In this document: positions 36,612 through 47,339 of the stretch, piece by piece
Position numbering within the stretch: position 1 is the first letter of the stretch
How the letters are laid out: each line of letters begins with the position of its first letter
Source of the DNA: a virus
Reading direction: 5' to 3' (one strand)
Virus record (IMG/VR): IMGVR_UViG_3300026534_000102
Location: 32,001-96,000 of that record
Length of the DNA: 64,000 nucleotides
Program-made: the position numbers and the translations under genes
The notes under the pieces: model-generated
Told to the model about the DNA's origin: nothing
Database searches by the model: none
The model's input: the letters and a program-made list of their open reading frames with translations, nothing else

Positions 36612-38795
36612 TTAAGTCCCTGGCTTTATTTTATCAGACGCTATAATATTATAAGAATCAGTAATTTCTGGAAGAATAACTGAAAAATGATACTCATCAT
36701 ATTCAGAAATAATTTCAAAATACCCATTGCCGCTGGCAGATGTGGTACTTCCAATAAGTTCCCCTGTGTCTCTTTTATATAGGTGCACCGGTCTAGCTAC
36801 TGGAACCCCGCCTTTTTGTACATATCCTGTGTACTTAAATTGGGGTGGATAAAAAGTAACTAAATTATCCCAGTTCGAATAATAAGTAGCTTTAATCCAA
36901 TCGGCTGATCTTGCTATTTTTGAAACTCTTACTTCATCTATAATTCCATTAAAAAAATCACTAGTAGACGCATCATACTCTTGACCAATACTTGCTCGTC
37001 CATTGGATTCTATAACAAAATTTGATGATGCTGTTCCAGTTTGATCTTGAACCCCATCAATATACGAGGTAAAATTTTTATTTGCAGCATTATAAACTAA
37101 ATCCACAATGTGCCAATTATCATCGCAGACATTTTTTGTGCTTGTTAAACGTATAATTTCTGTAGCTGATGTGTTTAATAAAATAAAACTAAAATAATTA
37201 TGATTTGGTTCAATCCAAAAAATAGCTCTATTAGAATTTCCTGTTACTCCGTGCATACTTAAAACAGTATCGCTATCACTCGATGGTAAAGTAGTTCCAT
37301 GTTTAATTGCAAAAGTCGATGTAAAATAATTTCCATTTGAATTAATATCAGAGCAAATCCCATTTATTTCAGTATAATCATCATTGCCATCAAAATCTAA
37401 AGCTTTTCCAATTTTGCCATCTACTAAGTCAGACGCGGTCATGTTTCCATGTGGGGTACCATTATTTTGATTAGAAGTGGAATCTAAAATACACCCTGTG
37501 CCGCCAGTTGGTTCTTGAGACATATGCCAAACTCCTACGAAATTGTCATCCCAAACTCTATTTGCAACATTCTTAGTCCAAACTTTTCCGTCTTCTGACG
37601 TGGCATAAAGTATTCTATCCTTCGACCCATTATAACCCGCATACCATATTTTATATAAATTGTTGGATTCTTTTATTACAAATGGCACATGTGCTCGGGA
37701 TGTATCATATGTACCTTCACTGTTTTTATTAATCACTAATTGAAAATTAGACCAGCTTATACCATCAGTAGAAGTAGCATATATTATTCTATGACTTGAT
37801 CCATCATATCCAGTATACCATATTTTATAAGAAACACTAGATTCCTTAATTACAGATGGTTTAAAAGCATATTGAGTATCATACGTCCCCTCACTTCCTA
37901 TGTTAATTGATCTTTGAAAATTAGACCAACTTGTACCATTGGTAGAGGTAGCATAGATGATTCTAATATAAGCACCATCTGAACCACCATACCATATTTT
38001 ATACGATGTATCTGATTCCTTTATTACAGACAGTGAATAAATACTAGCAGTGTCATAAGTTCCCTCACTTCCAGTATTTATTACTCTTTGAAAATTGGAC
38101 CAGTTTGTACCATCAGTAGAGGTAGCATATAATACGGTTTCTTTATTTGATGAATTTCTTCCACCGTACCACATTTTGTACAAGGTATTCGACTCCTTTA
38201 CAACACTTGGATATCTAGCACCATTTGCATCATGAGTACCCTCACTGCCCTTATCAATAACAAGCTGGAAATTAGACCAAGTTTTACCATCATTGGAAGT
38301 ACAATATAAAATTCTCCAAGTTGTACCATCATAACCAGTATACCACATTTTATATGAAGTATCACTTTCTTTTATAACACAACCACCATAAGCCTTTGAG
38401 GTATCATATGTTCCTTCACTATTAACGTTTATTGATAACTTAATAGCTTTTTCACTCGCTATCCCTACAAACTCTCTATTAGATGGTTTAGTACTATCAT
38501 AATACAAAGAAAGAGATTTATCCTGGCCCGCGAACAAAGACGGAACTCTTACCCATAACTGGGCGGTTTTATGAGTCGAATCCCAGTTTTCAATTTCTAT
38601 AGGAAGTTGTACTCCATATTCATCTTCAATTTTAATCTTATAAGATTCATTTCCAAGTTCATCAAAAATAAGTGATAAATCAGCATCAGAGATCCCACTT
38701 GAATTAGACAAGTTCAATAGCACTGGGAAATTAGTTAAATTACTACCTATTTTTGAACCATCTATTAAGATAGTTATTTTATTACTCCAACTCAT
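36612..38795 (-). CDS. Putative tail appendage/receptor-binding protein: DUF2341, five-bladed propeller, LamG and C-terminal adaptor
   Basis: LTNFPVLL, EIENWD...LWVRVP...LYY (DUF2341); five tandem 58-59 aa repeats; ALDFDG...WHIV...YIDG...IG...FNGIIDEVRVS (LamG). Confidence 0.8.
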   Translation of the reverse strand: MSWSNKITILIDGSKIGSNLTNFPVLLNLSNSSGISDADLSLIFDELGNESYKIKIEDEYGVQLPIEIENWDSTHKTAQLWVRVPSLFAGQDKSLSLYYDSTKPSNREFVGIASEKAIKLSINVNSEGTYDTSKAYGGCVIKESDTSYKMWYTGYDGTTWRILYCTSNDGKTWSNFQLVIDKGSEGTHDANGARYPSVVKESNTLYKMWYGGRNSSNKETVLYATSTDGTNWSNFQRVINTGSEGTYDTASIYSLSVIKESDTSYKIWYGGSDGAYIRIIYATSTNGTSWSNFQRSINIGSEGTYDTQYAFKPSVIKESSVSYKIWYTGYDGSSHRIIYATSTDGISWSNFQLVINKNSEGTYDTSRAHVPFVIKESNNLYKIWYAGYNGSKDRILYATSEDGKVWTKNVANRVWDDNFVGVWHMSQEPTGGTGCILDSTSNQNNGTPHGNMTASDLVDGKIGKALDFDGNDDYTEINGICSDINSNGNYFTSTFAIKHGTTLPSSDSDTVLSMHGVTGNSNRAIFWIEPNHNYFSFILLNTSATEIIRLTSTKNVCDDNWHIVDLVYNAANKNFTSYIDGVQDQTGTASSNFVIESNGRASIGQEYDASTSDFFNGIIDEVRVSKIARSADWIKATYYSNWDNLVTFYPPQFKYTGYVQKGGVPVARPVHLYKRDTGELIGSTTSASGNGYFEIISEYDEYHFSVILPEITDSYNIIASDKIKPGT
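37569..38432 (-). repeat. Five tandem ~174-177 bp coding repeats (five-bladed beta-propeller, GH43/32/130-like fold)
   Basis: Consensus INxxSEGTYDxxxxxxxxVIKESxxxYK[MI]WYxGxxGxxxRIxYATSxDGxxWSNFQ; the repeats are also visible in the DNA. Confidence 0.92.
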
Positions 38796-38805
38796 GTTAT
38801 TTCTC

Positions 38806-41800
38806 CTATAATCCTGAAATTGTAGTTGGTATTACATCCCCATAAATTAAATCATTATAACTATAACCCGATAAATCATCTAAACACACTATATCATGAG
38901 TACCACTATAAGTTGTTTCTAGATAAAAATAACCTGTACCACTTGCTGATATAGTTTCATCTACTAAATATCCAGTATCTTTTCTATAAGCCCTGACTTG
39001 TCTTCCGGCGGCAGGAGAACCTTGCTCCGTAACTGTACCTTCAAAATAGTATTTATTAGGTTCTGGAAATTCTATAATCTGTATTGCACTATTTGAACTA
39101 ACACCATCATTGACTATTTCTCTTTTTACCTCTGTTCCAGAAGAAGTCAAAGTAAATTTAGAAAAAGCTGGATTAAAATAATTACTAGAAGTAGTGGAAA
39201 CAGTTGCATTAATAGGAGCCGTAGAAGAAACCAAACAAGTTTTATTTTCATCTACTTTATTAATACCAACCGTAGCAGATGATGTAGAATTATTAAAATT
39301 AATAATACGTTGTTGAACACTTACATCCATTTTATTATAATTATTAAATTCTATAGCAAAGATTGTATAAGAATTAGTAGAGTTATTTACCCCTTTTTGA
39401 CAATATATATATTGGATATCTCTATAAATGTAGGCACACCCATAAGAAGGAGCATTTCCTCCATAATCAGAACTATACGATCCTATTAATAAAGTTCTAC
39501 CAGGATCTGGAACATATTCAGAATAAGAAAATTTAGCAGTTGTAGAAGAACTACTTGCACGAATAGTCTGAACATAAAACTCTTCTTGTAATGCTTCTAC
39601 GATAAAATATTGACCAGTTATTACCCCAGCATCATCGGTATGTCTTTTTAAAGTCAGGGTGTGGTCATCTTTAAAATAAGACTCTAAAAAAGAGGTATTA
39701 TAGTAGTTACTAATCCCATAGCCATAAAAAGAAGTTACCACAAAAGCCCGATTTAGATCTATTGTATCTATAGAAACGTCAGTATATGTAGCATCTACAT
39801 AAAAATCCCCTTTCTGTACTTTAATATACTTTGGATTAAATTCTACAATATCTACATGCATATCAATATCGTCCATTCCAGAAGTATATTGTCCCCTGCA
39901 AAGTGAAATCTTTTTACTATTTGCAAACACAAACGGCGCCACCATAGATTCGTATGTTCCATCGTTACCAGAACTAGATTTTAAACTAAAAAATGGAACA
40001 CAATTATTTAAATTTTGTCGTTTTGAAATATATTTTGAAGCTTGATATTCATTACCTGCTAATGTAAGAGTCATCCTTTCTATTGAATTAATCCTATTAT
40101 TACCGTATTTATGAGTATCCTCCAATTGTGGTGCATAGCCTACCCAATCTATAACAGAAAAAGCAGCTGAAACATTAACTCCTCCATTTGACCCTATACT
40201 TATTTCTAGCGTGTCATCAGAAATAAGTGTTATCATGCACCACGAATCATTAAGATAAGATCCGGTTGTAGTACTATTTGTACCTCCAGGACGGGTATTT
40301 ACATAAACAGTGATACTATTTGTATGACCTACAAATTTTGGGTAGAGGCTTTGGGTAGCACTTGAAGTAGAATTATTTAAATATTGATATATATTCTGAA
40401 CATGTTCTCTATTATCTATAAATTTAATTATAAAAACACAATAATATCCCGTGCTAGCACTAGAACTTTTATTAAATCCTACCGTTCTTATACCTTGATA
40501 AGTTAATCTAGCACACACATAGGAAGGAGCGCTACTGTTATAACTACTTGCATAAGAACCAATTAAAAATGTAGTGTTGGGCTCCATTTCTAATGAGGAA
40601 ATATCTCTACTATAAGTAGTAAAACTCCCTTCATGTTGCTCAACTTCAAAAACACTTCCTAGGTCCTCAAAAGTATAGTAAGTGCCTATCCACCAAGAAG
40701 AAGAATTATACCTATAAAACTCTATTCCACTACTAGTAGTAAACCTGCCTCTAACCAACGAGGCATCCGCTCTTGTTGTAGAGTTATCTCTAGGGCTGCC
40801 GTGAAACATTAATGCTGTTTTTTTCCTATCTACTGGAGAAATAGAAATATTAGAATAATTATCAGTAATAAGAATAGAATTAGACCTAACTTTTACTTGT
40901 TCTGGATAAAACTCTACAACATTTAAATTAATATAAGAAGTTGAATCCAACCCTCCTCTTTCCACGCACACTAAGGAAGGAGACTCAAACCATATATTAT
41001 ACATTTGTCTACTAAAATCATTAGCAGTACCATACGAAGATGCAAAAGGTACACAATTATTAATATTTTGACCTTTGGTTAATATATACTCAGTGTATCT
41101 TTCGTGGCCAGAAATAGTTAAAACAGTATTTTCTACCGATTTAGCACAAGAAATACCTGAAGCCAATGGCGACAAATTATTTCCTTCAGGAATGTCAAGC
41201 CCATTCCAATCAAAAACTTGAACATAACTATTACCTGCAGTGCCGCTTCCTCCTCTTTTAACCTCCAAACCACTCGCTGTAGTTAATTCACAAGAAACAA
41301 AACCATTATTAACATAGTTCCCAGCAGTCGTATTTACAGAACACATAGATTGAATATTGTCTGATACAGCCATTGAAGAATTTAAATTAACAACATAGTC
41401 TAAATCATATTGTTTAGTTGTGTCGCTATTACTGAAAGACACATATCGACGTTGTGTATGTCTTTTATCATCATTGAATGAAATAAAAAAAGAAGTCCCA
41501 TAAGAAGTACTACTTCCAGAAAACTTTGCAACACTTACAGTTCTCCTATTCCGTCTCGTAGAATATGAAAAAATGTAAGAAGGCGCGTTTGCTGTATAGT
41601 CACTATAATATGAGGAAACTAATAAACCCCTAACATTACTCAGTGGAGTATTAAAAGAAACATTTGTAGAAGAAGCACATGACCAATCATGAGATTCCAC
41701 TGAAAACTGCTGATTTTTAGCTTCAAAAACATAATAATGGCCATTCAAACTACCAGAGGAAGCCCCTTTTCTAAATTCTAATTGAGAACTACTTGAAAAC

Positions 41801-42213
41801 TTTCCTCTAAGAAAAGTATAATCAGCACGATTATTATTAGGAGATTTATGATAAAAAACCATTGCAGCATAATTTAAATCTACTTCAGTTATAGAAACAT
41901 TGGAAGATGAACCAGAAAAGGAAAAAGAACCCTGTTGAACGTCTATCTCATTTGAATCAAACTCTATTACATATACTTTACAATACTGAGTTCCATTACT
42001 ATTTATTCTCTCAACATTTACATAATTATTTCCACCGGCGGATGAAAAAAATACATCCATCATATGTGCTTGAAGACTATTACTATTACCTCTAGCAGAA
42101 ACAAATGGAACACAATTACTTATATCTTGGGATTTAGACAATACACCAGAAGTAGTAGTGGTGCTTACTAAAGTAAAATCAAAAAATTCCACAGATTTAA
42201 CTATATTAGACAT
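38806..42213 (-). CDS. Putative tail appendage protein: three ~350-aa repeats plus C-terminal adaptor
   Basis: Each repeat carries [KN]S[VI]E...KxQ...NCVPF...[VI][VI]EF...V...APSY; Ser/Thr/Asn-rich all-beta composition. Confidence 0.75.
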   Translation of the reverse strand: MSNIVKSVEFFDFTLVSTTTTSGVLSKSQDISNCVPFVSARGNSNSLQAHMMDVFFSSAGGNNYVNVERINSNGTQYCKVYVIEFDSNEIDVQQGSFSFSGSSSNVSITEVDLNYAAMVFYHKSPNNNRADYTFLRGKFSSSSQLEFRKGASSGSLNGHYYVFEAKNQQFSVESHDWSCASSTNVSFNTPLSNVRGLLVSSYYSDYTANAPSYIFSYSTRRNRRTVSVAKFSGSSTSYGTSFFISFNDDKRHTQRRYVSFSNSDTTKQYDLDYVVNLNSSMAVSDNIQSMCSVNTTAGNYVNNGFVSCELTTASGLEVKRGGSGTAGNSYVQVFDWNGLDIPEGNNLSPLASGISCAKSVENTVLTISGHERYTEYILTKGQNINNCVPFASSYGTANDFSRQMYNIWFESPSLVCVERGGLDSTSYINLNVVEFYPEQVKVRSNSILITDNYSNISISPVDRKKTALMFHGSPRDNSTTRADASLVRGRFTTSSGIEFYRYNSSSWWIGTYYTFEDLGSVFEVEQHEGSFTTYSRDISSLEMEPNTTFLIGSYASSYNSSAPSYVCARLTYQGIRTVGFNKSSSASTGYYCVFIIKFIDNREHVQNIYQYLNNSTSSATQSLYPKFVGHTNSITVYVNTRPGGTNSTTTGSYLNDSWCMITLISDDTLEISIGSNGGVNVSAAFSVIDWVGYAPQLEDTHKYGNNRINSIERMTLTLAGNEYQASKYISKRQNLNNCVPFFSLKSSSGNDGTYESMVAPFVFANSKKISLCRGQYTSGMDDIDMHVDIVEFNPKYIKVQKGDFYVDATYTDVSIDTIDLNRAFVVTSFYGYGISNYYNTSFLESYFKDDHTLTLKRHTDDAGVITGQYFIVEALQEEFYVQTIRASSSSTTAKFSYSEYVPDPGRTLLIGSYSSDYGGNAPSYGCAYIYRDIQYIYCQKGVNNSTNSYTIFAIEFNNYNKMDVSVQQRIINFNNSTSSATVGINKVDENKTCLVSSTAPINATVSTTSSNYFNPAFSKFTLTSSGTEVKREIVNDGVSSNSAIQIIEFPEPNKYYFEGTVTEQGSPAAGRQVRAYRKDTGYLVDETISASGTGYFYLETTYSGTHDIVCLDDLSGYSYNDLIYGDVIPTTISGL
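39067..42213 (-). repeat. Three tandem diverged ~1050 bp coding repeats
   Basis: Units start near 42213, 41148 and 40095: SKSQDISNCVPF / TKGQNINNCVPF / SKRQNLNNCVPF and ANAPSY / SSAPSY / GNAPSY. Confidence 0.88.
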
Positions 42214-42216
42214 CCC

Positions 42217-44301
42217 TTAGTTTCCTCCAATTTGTTGTAAGTCATCAACCGAATGTAACGGCGACAAAATAGATGATTTTACCACTTTAGAATTAAATAT
42301 GTAATTCAGTCGGTCATTAACAATATACACCCAACCACTGGTAGTTGTGCTATTTAAATTAGCCCAAATGTTATTAATATTATTCGAAGTACCTTCTAAA
42401 ACATAATGTGTATGCTCTTCATATGTTATCTCTTGCATTTTCCATTCATCTATAATAAACTTATCATTAGACCCCTTCCAATTGTCTTTTAAAGATAACT
42501 TATAAAGTCTAAATGGTGTAGTATTAGTAAACGGTATTTCTTGCCATCGTCCAAAATAATGAGAATCAAAGTATGGGGTTGCTGTATTATAATCTTCGAA
42601 CAAACTTGTCCAAGAGATACCATCATTTGAACCATAAAAACTAATCTGTTTAGGAAAATATGCCTCATTACCACTATATAAAGAGGGCAACAAACTTAAT
42701 TTAGAAACAACACGTTTCTTAAAAAAATCGGACACACTATACATATGCCATCTACGCACTCTAAACACTTTACCACCAAACGTGTTATGAACCAATAATC
42801 TATAATAAGGATACTTATTGTAATTTTCAAAATAAAAAGTTTGTAAAGAGTCCGTAAATGCGCATGTCCCAGAAACTAAAGTCATCCAAGAATTTTCATC
42901 CGCGCGAAGAGGAGAAGTAAAGCCCCCTTGAAAACTGAACTCTTTAGGCATATAATCTACCCCTTCCCCTTCAAAACTAAATACATTAAAGGCTTCTCCA
43001 GGCAGAGAAAACTCTAAAGCAATCCACCCAGATTCATCTTCAGCCTCCCAATACCTTTTCCCGGCAGCGTCATAAATTTTAGATTCATCTGATTCTTCTA
43101 AGTATAAGAGACCTGAAGAAGAATTATACTTATATGGATACACAGCTATACTATTTTTTACCAAGTCATCCTTATTTTTACTGAAATCTATAATTATTTC
43201 AGCAGTAGAACTGCCGGTTATTTCTAAATAACTATTGGAACTACCAGTTATATTATCAGATAATTTATACGGCTCTCCATTCGGAGTAACAGTGTGATAA
43301 AACACCACGTCAGTAATGTCTGGACCATAAGCACTAAAGTCAATTGGTGGATATTCCACATATTCGTCTGGAATATACAAATTAGACAAATCTATTTCTA
43401 CCTCTTTTGAATAAAATTTTCTAGCCAAAACCCAAGATAAATACACAAAATAAGATCCATGGTAAGAATGTCCCATAAACCCAAAATCGTTTAAACGTGT
43501 ATCTCCTTCTTTTTGTCGTTCAATCGTAGTAAAATTAGTAAACCCATCATCTCTATAAACAGCATAACGAACTCTATCTGTAGGTTCATAATAACTTATA
43601 ATATGTCTGCTATAAAGATGTTGTTTGCCTGATAAATCAGAGTATGTCTTATATGATCCAAGTTGTGAATTTGAAGTTATGTCCCCGTTAGAGTAATAAC
43701 GAGTATTAAATGGATTTTCGTCGCCATTAATTTGAACTGTGAATGAAAAGTCCCCCCAACGGTGAATATCCCAAAATGTGGCAAACTCAATTTCCCATTC
43801 CACCAAACTTTTAAGGGGTTTTGTTTTTGTAATTAAATTTGGTACATAATACGCAATCTCTAGTCCATTAGGAGAAAAATGCGTGACACCACTATGATTC
43901 CATTTATTAGTATTTAGAAAACCACTCCTAAGATCATCCACAAAATAAAATTCTAAACTATCTAAATCATCTACACCCACGTCATCAGGCCTTCCCCAAA
44001 ACATATAAATTGCCTTTTTTTCGCTTTTAGCTAAAAAAGGAAGTTTTACCCAAATAAATAATTTTTTGGCTGATAAATCATAGTAATTAACCCACTGACA
44101 AAGTGCTTTGGATCCATTCAATTCTTCTGCAAATCTAATATCCTTATCATCCGATTTTAATAAAGTAAAATTAAAATTAGATTCATTGAGCTGAATATAC
44201 ACTTGAGCATTTTCCCTATCACAAACACCTGGTTCAGTAATAAAAATTGGTCTTACATACGTGTATAAAGAAGTGTTTATGGTCGGCGCATAAAAAGACA
44301 T
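42217..44301 (-). CDS. Putative virion protein: DUF2341 plus F5/8 type C (discoidin)-like domains
   Basis: DIRFAE...IWVKLP...IYMFWG; PKEFSFQG...YPYYRL; PKQISFYGSNDGISWT...FRLYKL. Confidence 0.72.
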   Translation of the reverse strand: MSFYAPTINTSLYTYVRPIFITEPGVCDRENAQVYIQLNESNFNFTLLKSDDKDIRFAEELNGSKALCQWVNYYDLSAKKLFIWVKLPFLAKSEKKAIYMFWGRPDDVGVDDLDSLEFYFVDDLRSGFLNTNKWNHSGVTHFSPNGLEIAYYVPNLITKTKPLKSLVEWEIEFATFWDIHRWGDFSFTVQINGDENPFNTRYYSNGDITSNSQLGSYKTYSDLSGKQHLYSRHIISYYEPTDRVRYAVYRDDGFTNFTTIERQKEGDTRLNDFGFMGHSYHGSYFVYLSWVLARKFYSKEVEIDLSNLYIPDEYVEYPPIDFSAYGPDITDVVFYHTVTPNGEPYKLSDNITGSSNSYLEITGSSTAEIIIDFSKNKDDLVKNSIAVYPYKYNSSSGLLYLEESDESKIYDAAGKRYWEAEDESGWIALEFSLPGEAFNVFSFEGEGVDYMPKEFSFQGGFTSPLRADENSWMTLVSGTCAFTDSLQTFYFENYNKYPYYRLLVHNTFGGKVFRVRRWHMYSVSDFFKKRVVSKLSLLPSLYSGNEAYFPKQISFYGSNDGISWTSLFEDYNTATPYFDSHYFGRWQEIPFTNTTPFRLYKLSLKDNWKGSNDKFIIDEWKMQEITYEEHTHYVLEGTSNNINNIWANLNSTTTSGWVYIVNDRLNYIFNSKVVKSSILSPLHSVDDLQQIGGN

Positions 44302-47300
44302 CTAATTAACTTCTACCTCCCACCATGTTAAAATATTTGTGTTATAAACTTCATCTACCTTAAAATCATTCGAATCTGGAACATCTATTTTAAGATATGC
44401 ATTTTTACTTGTAGAGGGATAAATGGACTCTACTTTAATTAGTGGTTGTAGTTGTATACTATTAATCAGTGGTGGAGTTAAATACCAATAACAATCAGAA
44501 ACATTATTATTATATTGAAACTTATCTATATATACATCATTTGGAGAATCTACTTTTATTTCTACATTTAAACTTCTATTATCATTAAACCAAATTGGAT
44601 AAGCACCATACCAACTATAGTATGCGTCACAGTACACTGATTGCCAAGATACACCATCATAGTGATATAAGTATAATTTTGGATAATCTCCACTTGTTCT
44701 ACTAAACTTTAATACCCCCGCGCCAGCAAATGTTGCAGCAGTTCCACTATAAGTAGTATCAATACCACTATAAGTAGTCATCGGTATTGTTAAAGTATTG
44801 CTTCTGTAAAATCTATCACCCGAGCTATGATCCCTTCGTGACCCATATGCCTCCGTTTTCAAAGTCATTTCTTGTATACTCTTAGAAAAAGTCCATCTAT
44901 AATATTGATCTGTGTCATTATTAATACTGTTGGGTCTAATTGAAAAAACTATAGTAGATGTGCCTGAAATAGCTGTAGAAGGAATATCATAATCAAATTG
45001 AAACTCAAACTCATTAGTAACATATTTATTTACATACCACTTATGGTGTGAGTCTATTCTAGTTGAAAAAGAACCATTAGGAATTCCATGACCCTTAAAC
45101 AATAATCGTTCATCTTTTATAATAGACCTATTATCATAAGTATTCCATCTATGTTGAGCTGGACGTCCATCAATAGTATAATTAAATTCATCACCAGGAA
45201 GCCAATCCTCATCCAAGGTTAAATTATCATACATATCTTGTGGAGGGGCCGCCTGTAATGTCACTTCCGCTTGATAATAATTGTTTTTATGAATATAATA
45301 CTCATAATTATTAACCTTCGTATAAGGCAAACTAGACCAACTTAAATCCTGTGGCAAAGGCAATTTATCCTGCCACGGTGATTTTTCCTCTGGGCTCTTA
45401 TTAATAAACCCAGGCCGACGTTGATAATCTTTCTGTACGGACATTATAGTTTTCACAACCTGCCCCAGAAATTTATCCACATAAAAACCTTGACCATGTA
45501 ATGTTATTACCCAACAACCAGATAAATCTGAGTGAAAATAATATGCAAAAGGGATTTCAACATTAAACATAACTCTACCAAATTCCTCATCCACTGTTCG
45601 AATATACACCAAATTATAGCCTATTAATAACCATAACCCATCCTCACCATCTATTTCCATTTGAATAATAGTTCCAGTCTGACTAAAATTATAAATACCA
45701 GAATGGAACAAGCCCTCTGAAGTCACCCTGATCAAATCATTAATACCAGAACCCTTATCATTAATAAACCAACAACCACCATCAACCGTCCCGGCACATA
45801 TTGTAGGTTTAACTACATCTTTTCCATAATAAGATATTACCTCATTTCCAAACAAATCAAGTTTACTAACAAGCCCAGTTGAAGTAGAACTATACCAAAC
45901 CCAATTACCGTCAGGAGTTATATCAAACCCGTTCAAAACTTTTGTTTTGTCAAATAATTTAAATGTAGGACCAGATAAATCACTATCAAAACGCACCAAA
46001 TAGTTACCTTTTTTATCTAATAAACTACCAGAATTAACATACGATATATCCAAATCTAACCAAATACCATTAGAAGAATCTAATTTAATTTTATTAAATT
46101 TTAAGGTGTGTTTATAACTACTATACGAGCTCATTAATGTTTTGATTGGAGCTGTGGTAGCTCCATAAGAAAAAGCTATCAAATAACTGGTATAAGAAGT
46201 AGAAAAGCCCACAGCCGAAAAACCGGTATCTTGATTTATATCCCATAAATAATTGGTTAAATTACCATAATTATTTACAATGTGAGTGATATTATCTTGA
46301 TTAGTAATTTCAATCTCACCATCTACGGTAAATTCTTTGTATCCTATATAATACAATTGGTTTGCAGCCCTAGTATATAGTGTTCTATATACATCATACT
46401 TCATTATAGATTCAGAATTTCTAATTTTAATGGTTTCTGATGAATCAGTCTTATCTACTTTAATTTTACTCCCATTAGAAGAATTTAAATCATCTATTAC
46501 TAATTTAGTATAATTATATGAATCCACCGTAGATTTAAATAAAACTGTAGTGTATGTCCCAAAAGTATGATTAAAAGAAAGACTGTCATTTACAAAAACA
46601 TCTCGTGTATTATAACTTAAAGTAAGTTTGTCATCATAAACCACGAGCTCCGGTGGTAAAGTACCTTTCGACCAGTTATCTTTATCCATAAAAATAAATT
46701 CTGAATTTCTAACTCCAATCCATGGACCATTCTCAGAATTAGACAAATATGTTATAGTGTCCACGTTTTTGCCAGTGGGCTCTAATCTTACGTATGCGGT
46801 AGCAACGCTATCTCCGCTATTGTAAATAGGAACTGGATATATGACACTCTCTCCTCTGCCCGCCAAAGTGTCTATTTTATCTAAACTCCCATCTGAACCA
46901 AAATCTATAATACTCTCATCACTTAATACCTGATACCCGTGGACCGTACCACTTGAAGAAGTCCCACTAAGAGTATGAAGAAGTCGAATAAATCTTGGTG
47001 CAGAACTTCCCGAAACAGTAGTATAAAAATAACCATTCCCTAAATCAGTCGGACTATCCATTAATGTTTCATAGTCTTCATTAATATATTGAAACCTTAT
47101 TCCTGAAGCAACAGTCCCTGAACTTTCTGTAGTTTCATAGTAATATCTAATTTCATCTATTTTTGTTCGGGCATATAAATCTAAATCAAGACACAAAATA
47201 TCTGATGTTCCAAGCTGAACTACTGGCAAGGTAGAAGTTTTAAGAAGTGCTTCTATCTGTTTATAATCTAAAGAAACATTTCCTTCAACAAGATTAACTT

Positions 47301-47334
47301 TAAAATCTAAATTTTGAGCTAAATTGATTTTCAT
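44302..47334 (-). CDS. Putative virion protein with a Vgb/NHL-like beta-propeller
   Basis: Repeated D..GG.W blades (DSSNGIWL, DGNWVWY, DGGCWF, EDGLWL, SGCWV). Confidence 0.65.
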   Translation of the reverse strand: MKINLAQNLDFKVNLVEGNVSLDYKQIEALLKTSTLPVVQLGTSDILCLDLDLYARTKIDEIRYYYETTESSGTVASGIRFQYINEDYETLMDSPTDLGNGYFYTTVSGSSAPRFIRLLHTLSGTSSSGTVHGYQVLSDESIIDFGSDGSLDKIDTLAGRGESVIYPVPIYNSGDSVATAYVRLEPTGKNVDTITYLSNSENGPWIGVRNSEFIFMDKDNWSKGTLPPELVVYDDKLTLSYNTRDVFVNDSLSFNHTFGTYTTVLFKSTVDSYNYTKLVIDDLNSSNGSKIKVDKTDSSETIKIRNSESIMKYDVYRTLYTRAANQLYYIGYKEFTVDGEIEITNQDNITHIVNNYGNLTNYLWDINQDTGFSAVGFSTSYTSYLIAFSYGATTAPIKTLMSSYSSYKHTLKFNKIKLDSSNGIWLDLDISYVNSGSLLDKKGNYLVRFDSDLSGPTFKLFDKTKVLNGFDITPDGNWVWYSSTSTGLVSKLDLFGNEVISYYGKDVVKPTICAGTVDGGCWFINDKGSGINDLIRVTSEGLFHSGIYNFSQTGTIIQMEIDGEDGLWLLIGYNLVYIRTVDEEFGRVMFNVEIPFAYYFHSDLSGCWVITLHGQGFYVDKFLGQVVKTIMSVQKDYQRRPGFINKSPEEKSPWQDKLPLPQDLSWSSLPYTKVNNYEYYIHKNNYYQAEVTLQAAPPQDMYDNLTLDEDWLPGDEFNYTIDGRPAQHRWNTYDNRSIIKDERLLFKGHGIPNGSFSTRIDSHHKWYVNKYVTNEFEFQFDYDIPSTAISGTSTIVFSIRPNSINNDTDQYYRWTFSKSIQEMTLKTEAYGSRRDHSSGDRFYRSNTLTIPMTTYSGIDTTYSGTAATFAGAGVLKFSRTSGDYPKLYLYHYDGVSWQSVYCDAYYSWYGAYPIWFNDNRSLNVEIKVDSPNDVYIDKFQYNNNVSDCYWYLTPPLINSIQLQPLIKVESIYPSTSKNAYLKIDVPDSNDFKVDEVYNTNILTWWEVEVN

Positions 47335-47339
47335 TTACA

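Noticed and set aside
37569-38432. Repeats as a diversity-generating retroelement TR/VR pair or a CRISPR array
   Set aside because: They are in-frame coding repeats of about 175 bp, the differences are not confined to adenines, and there is no reverse transcriptase in the window.
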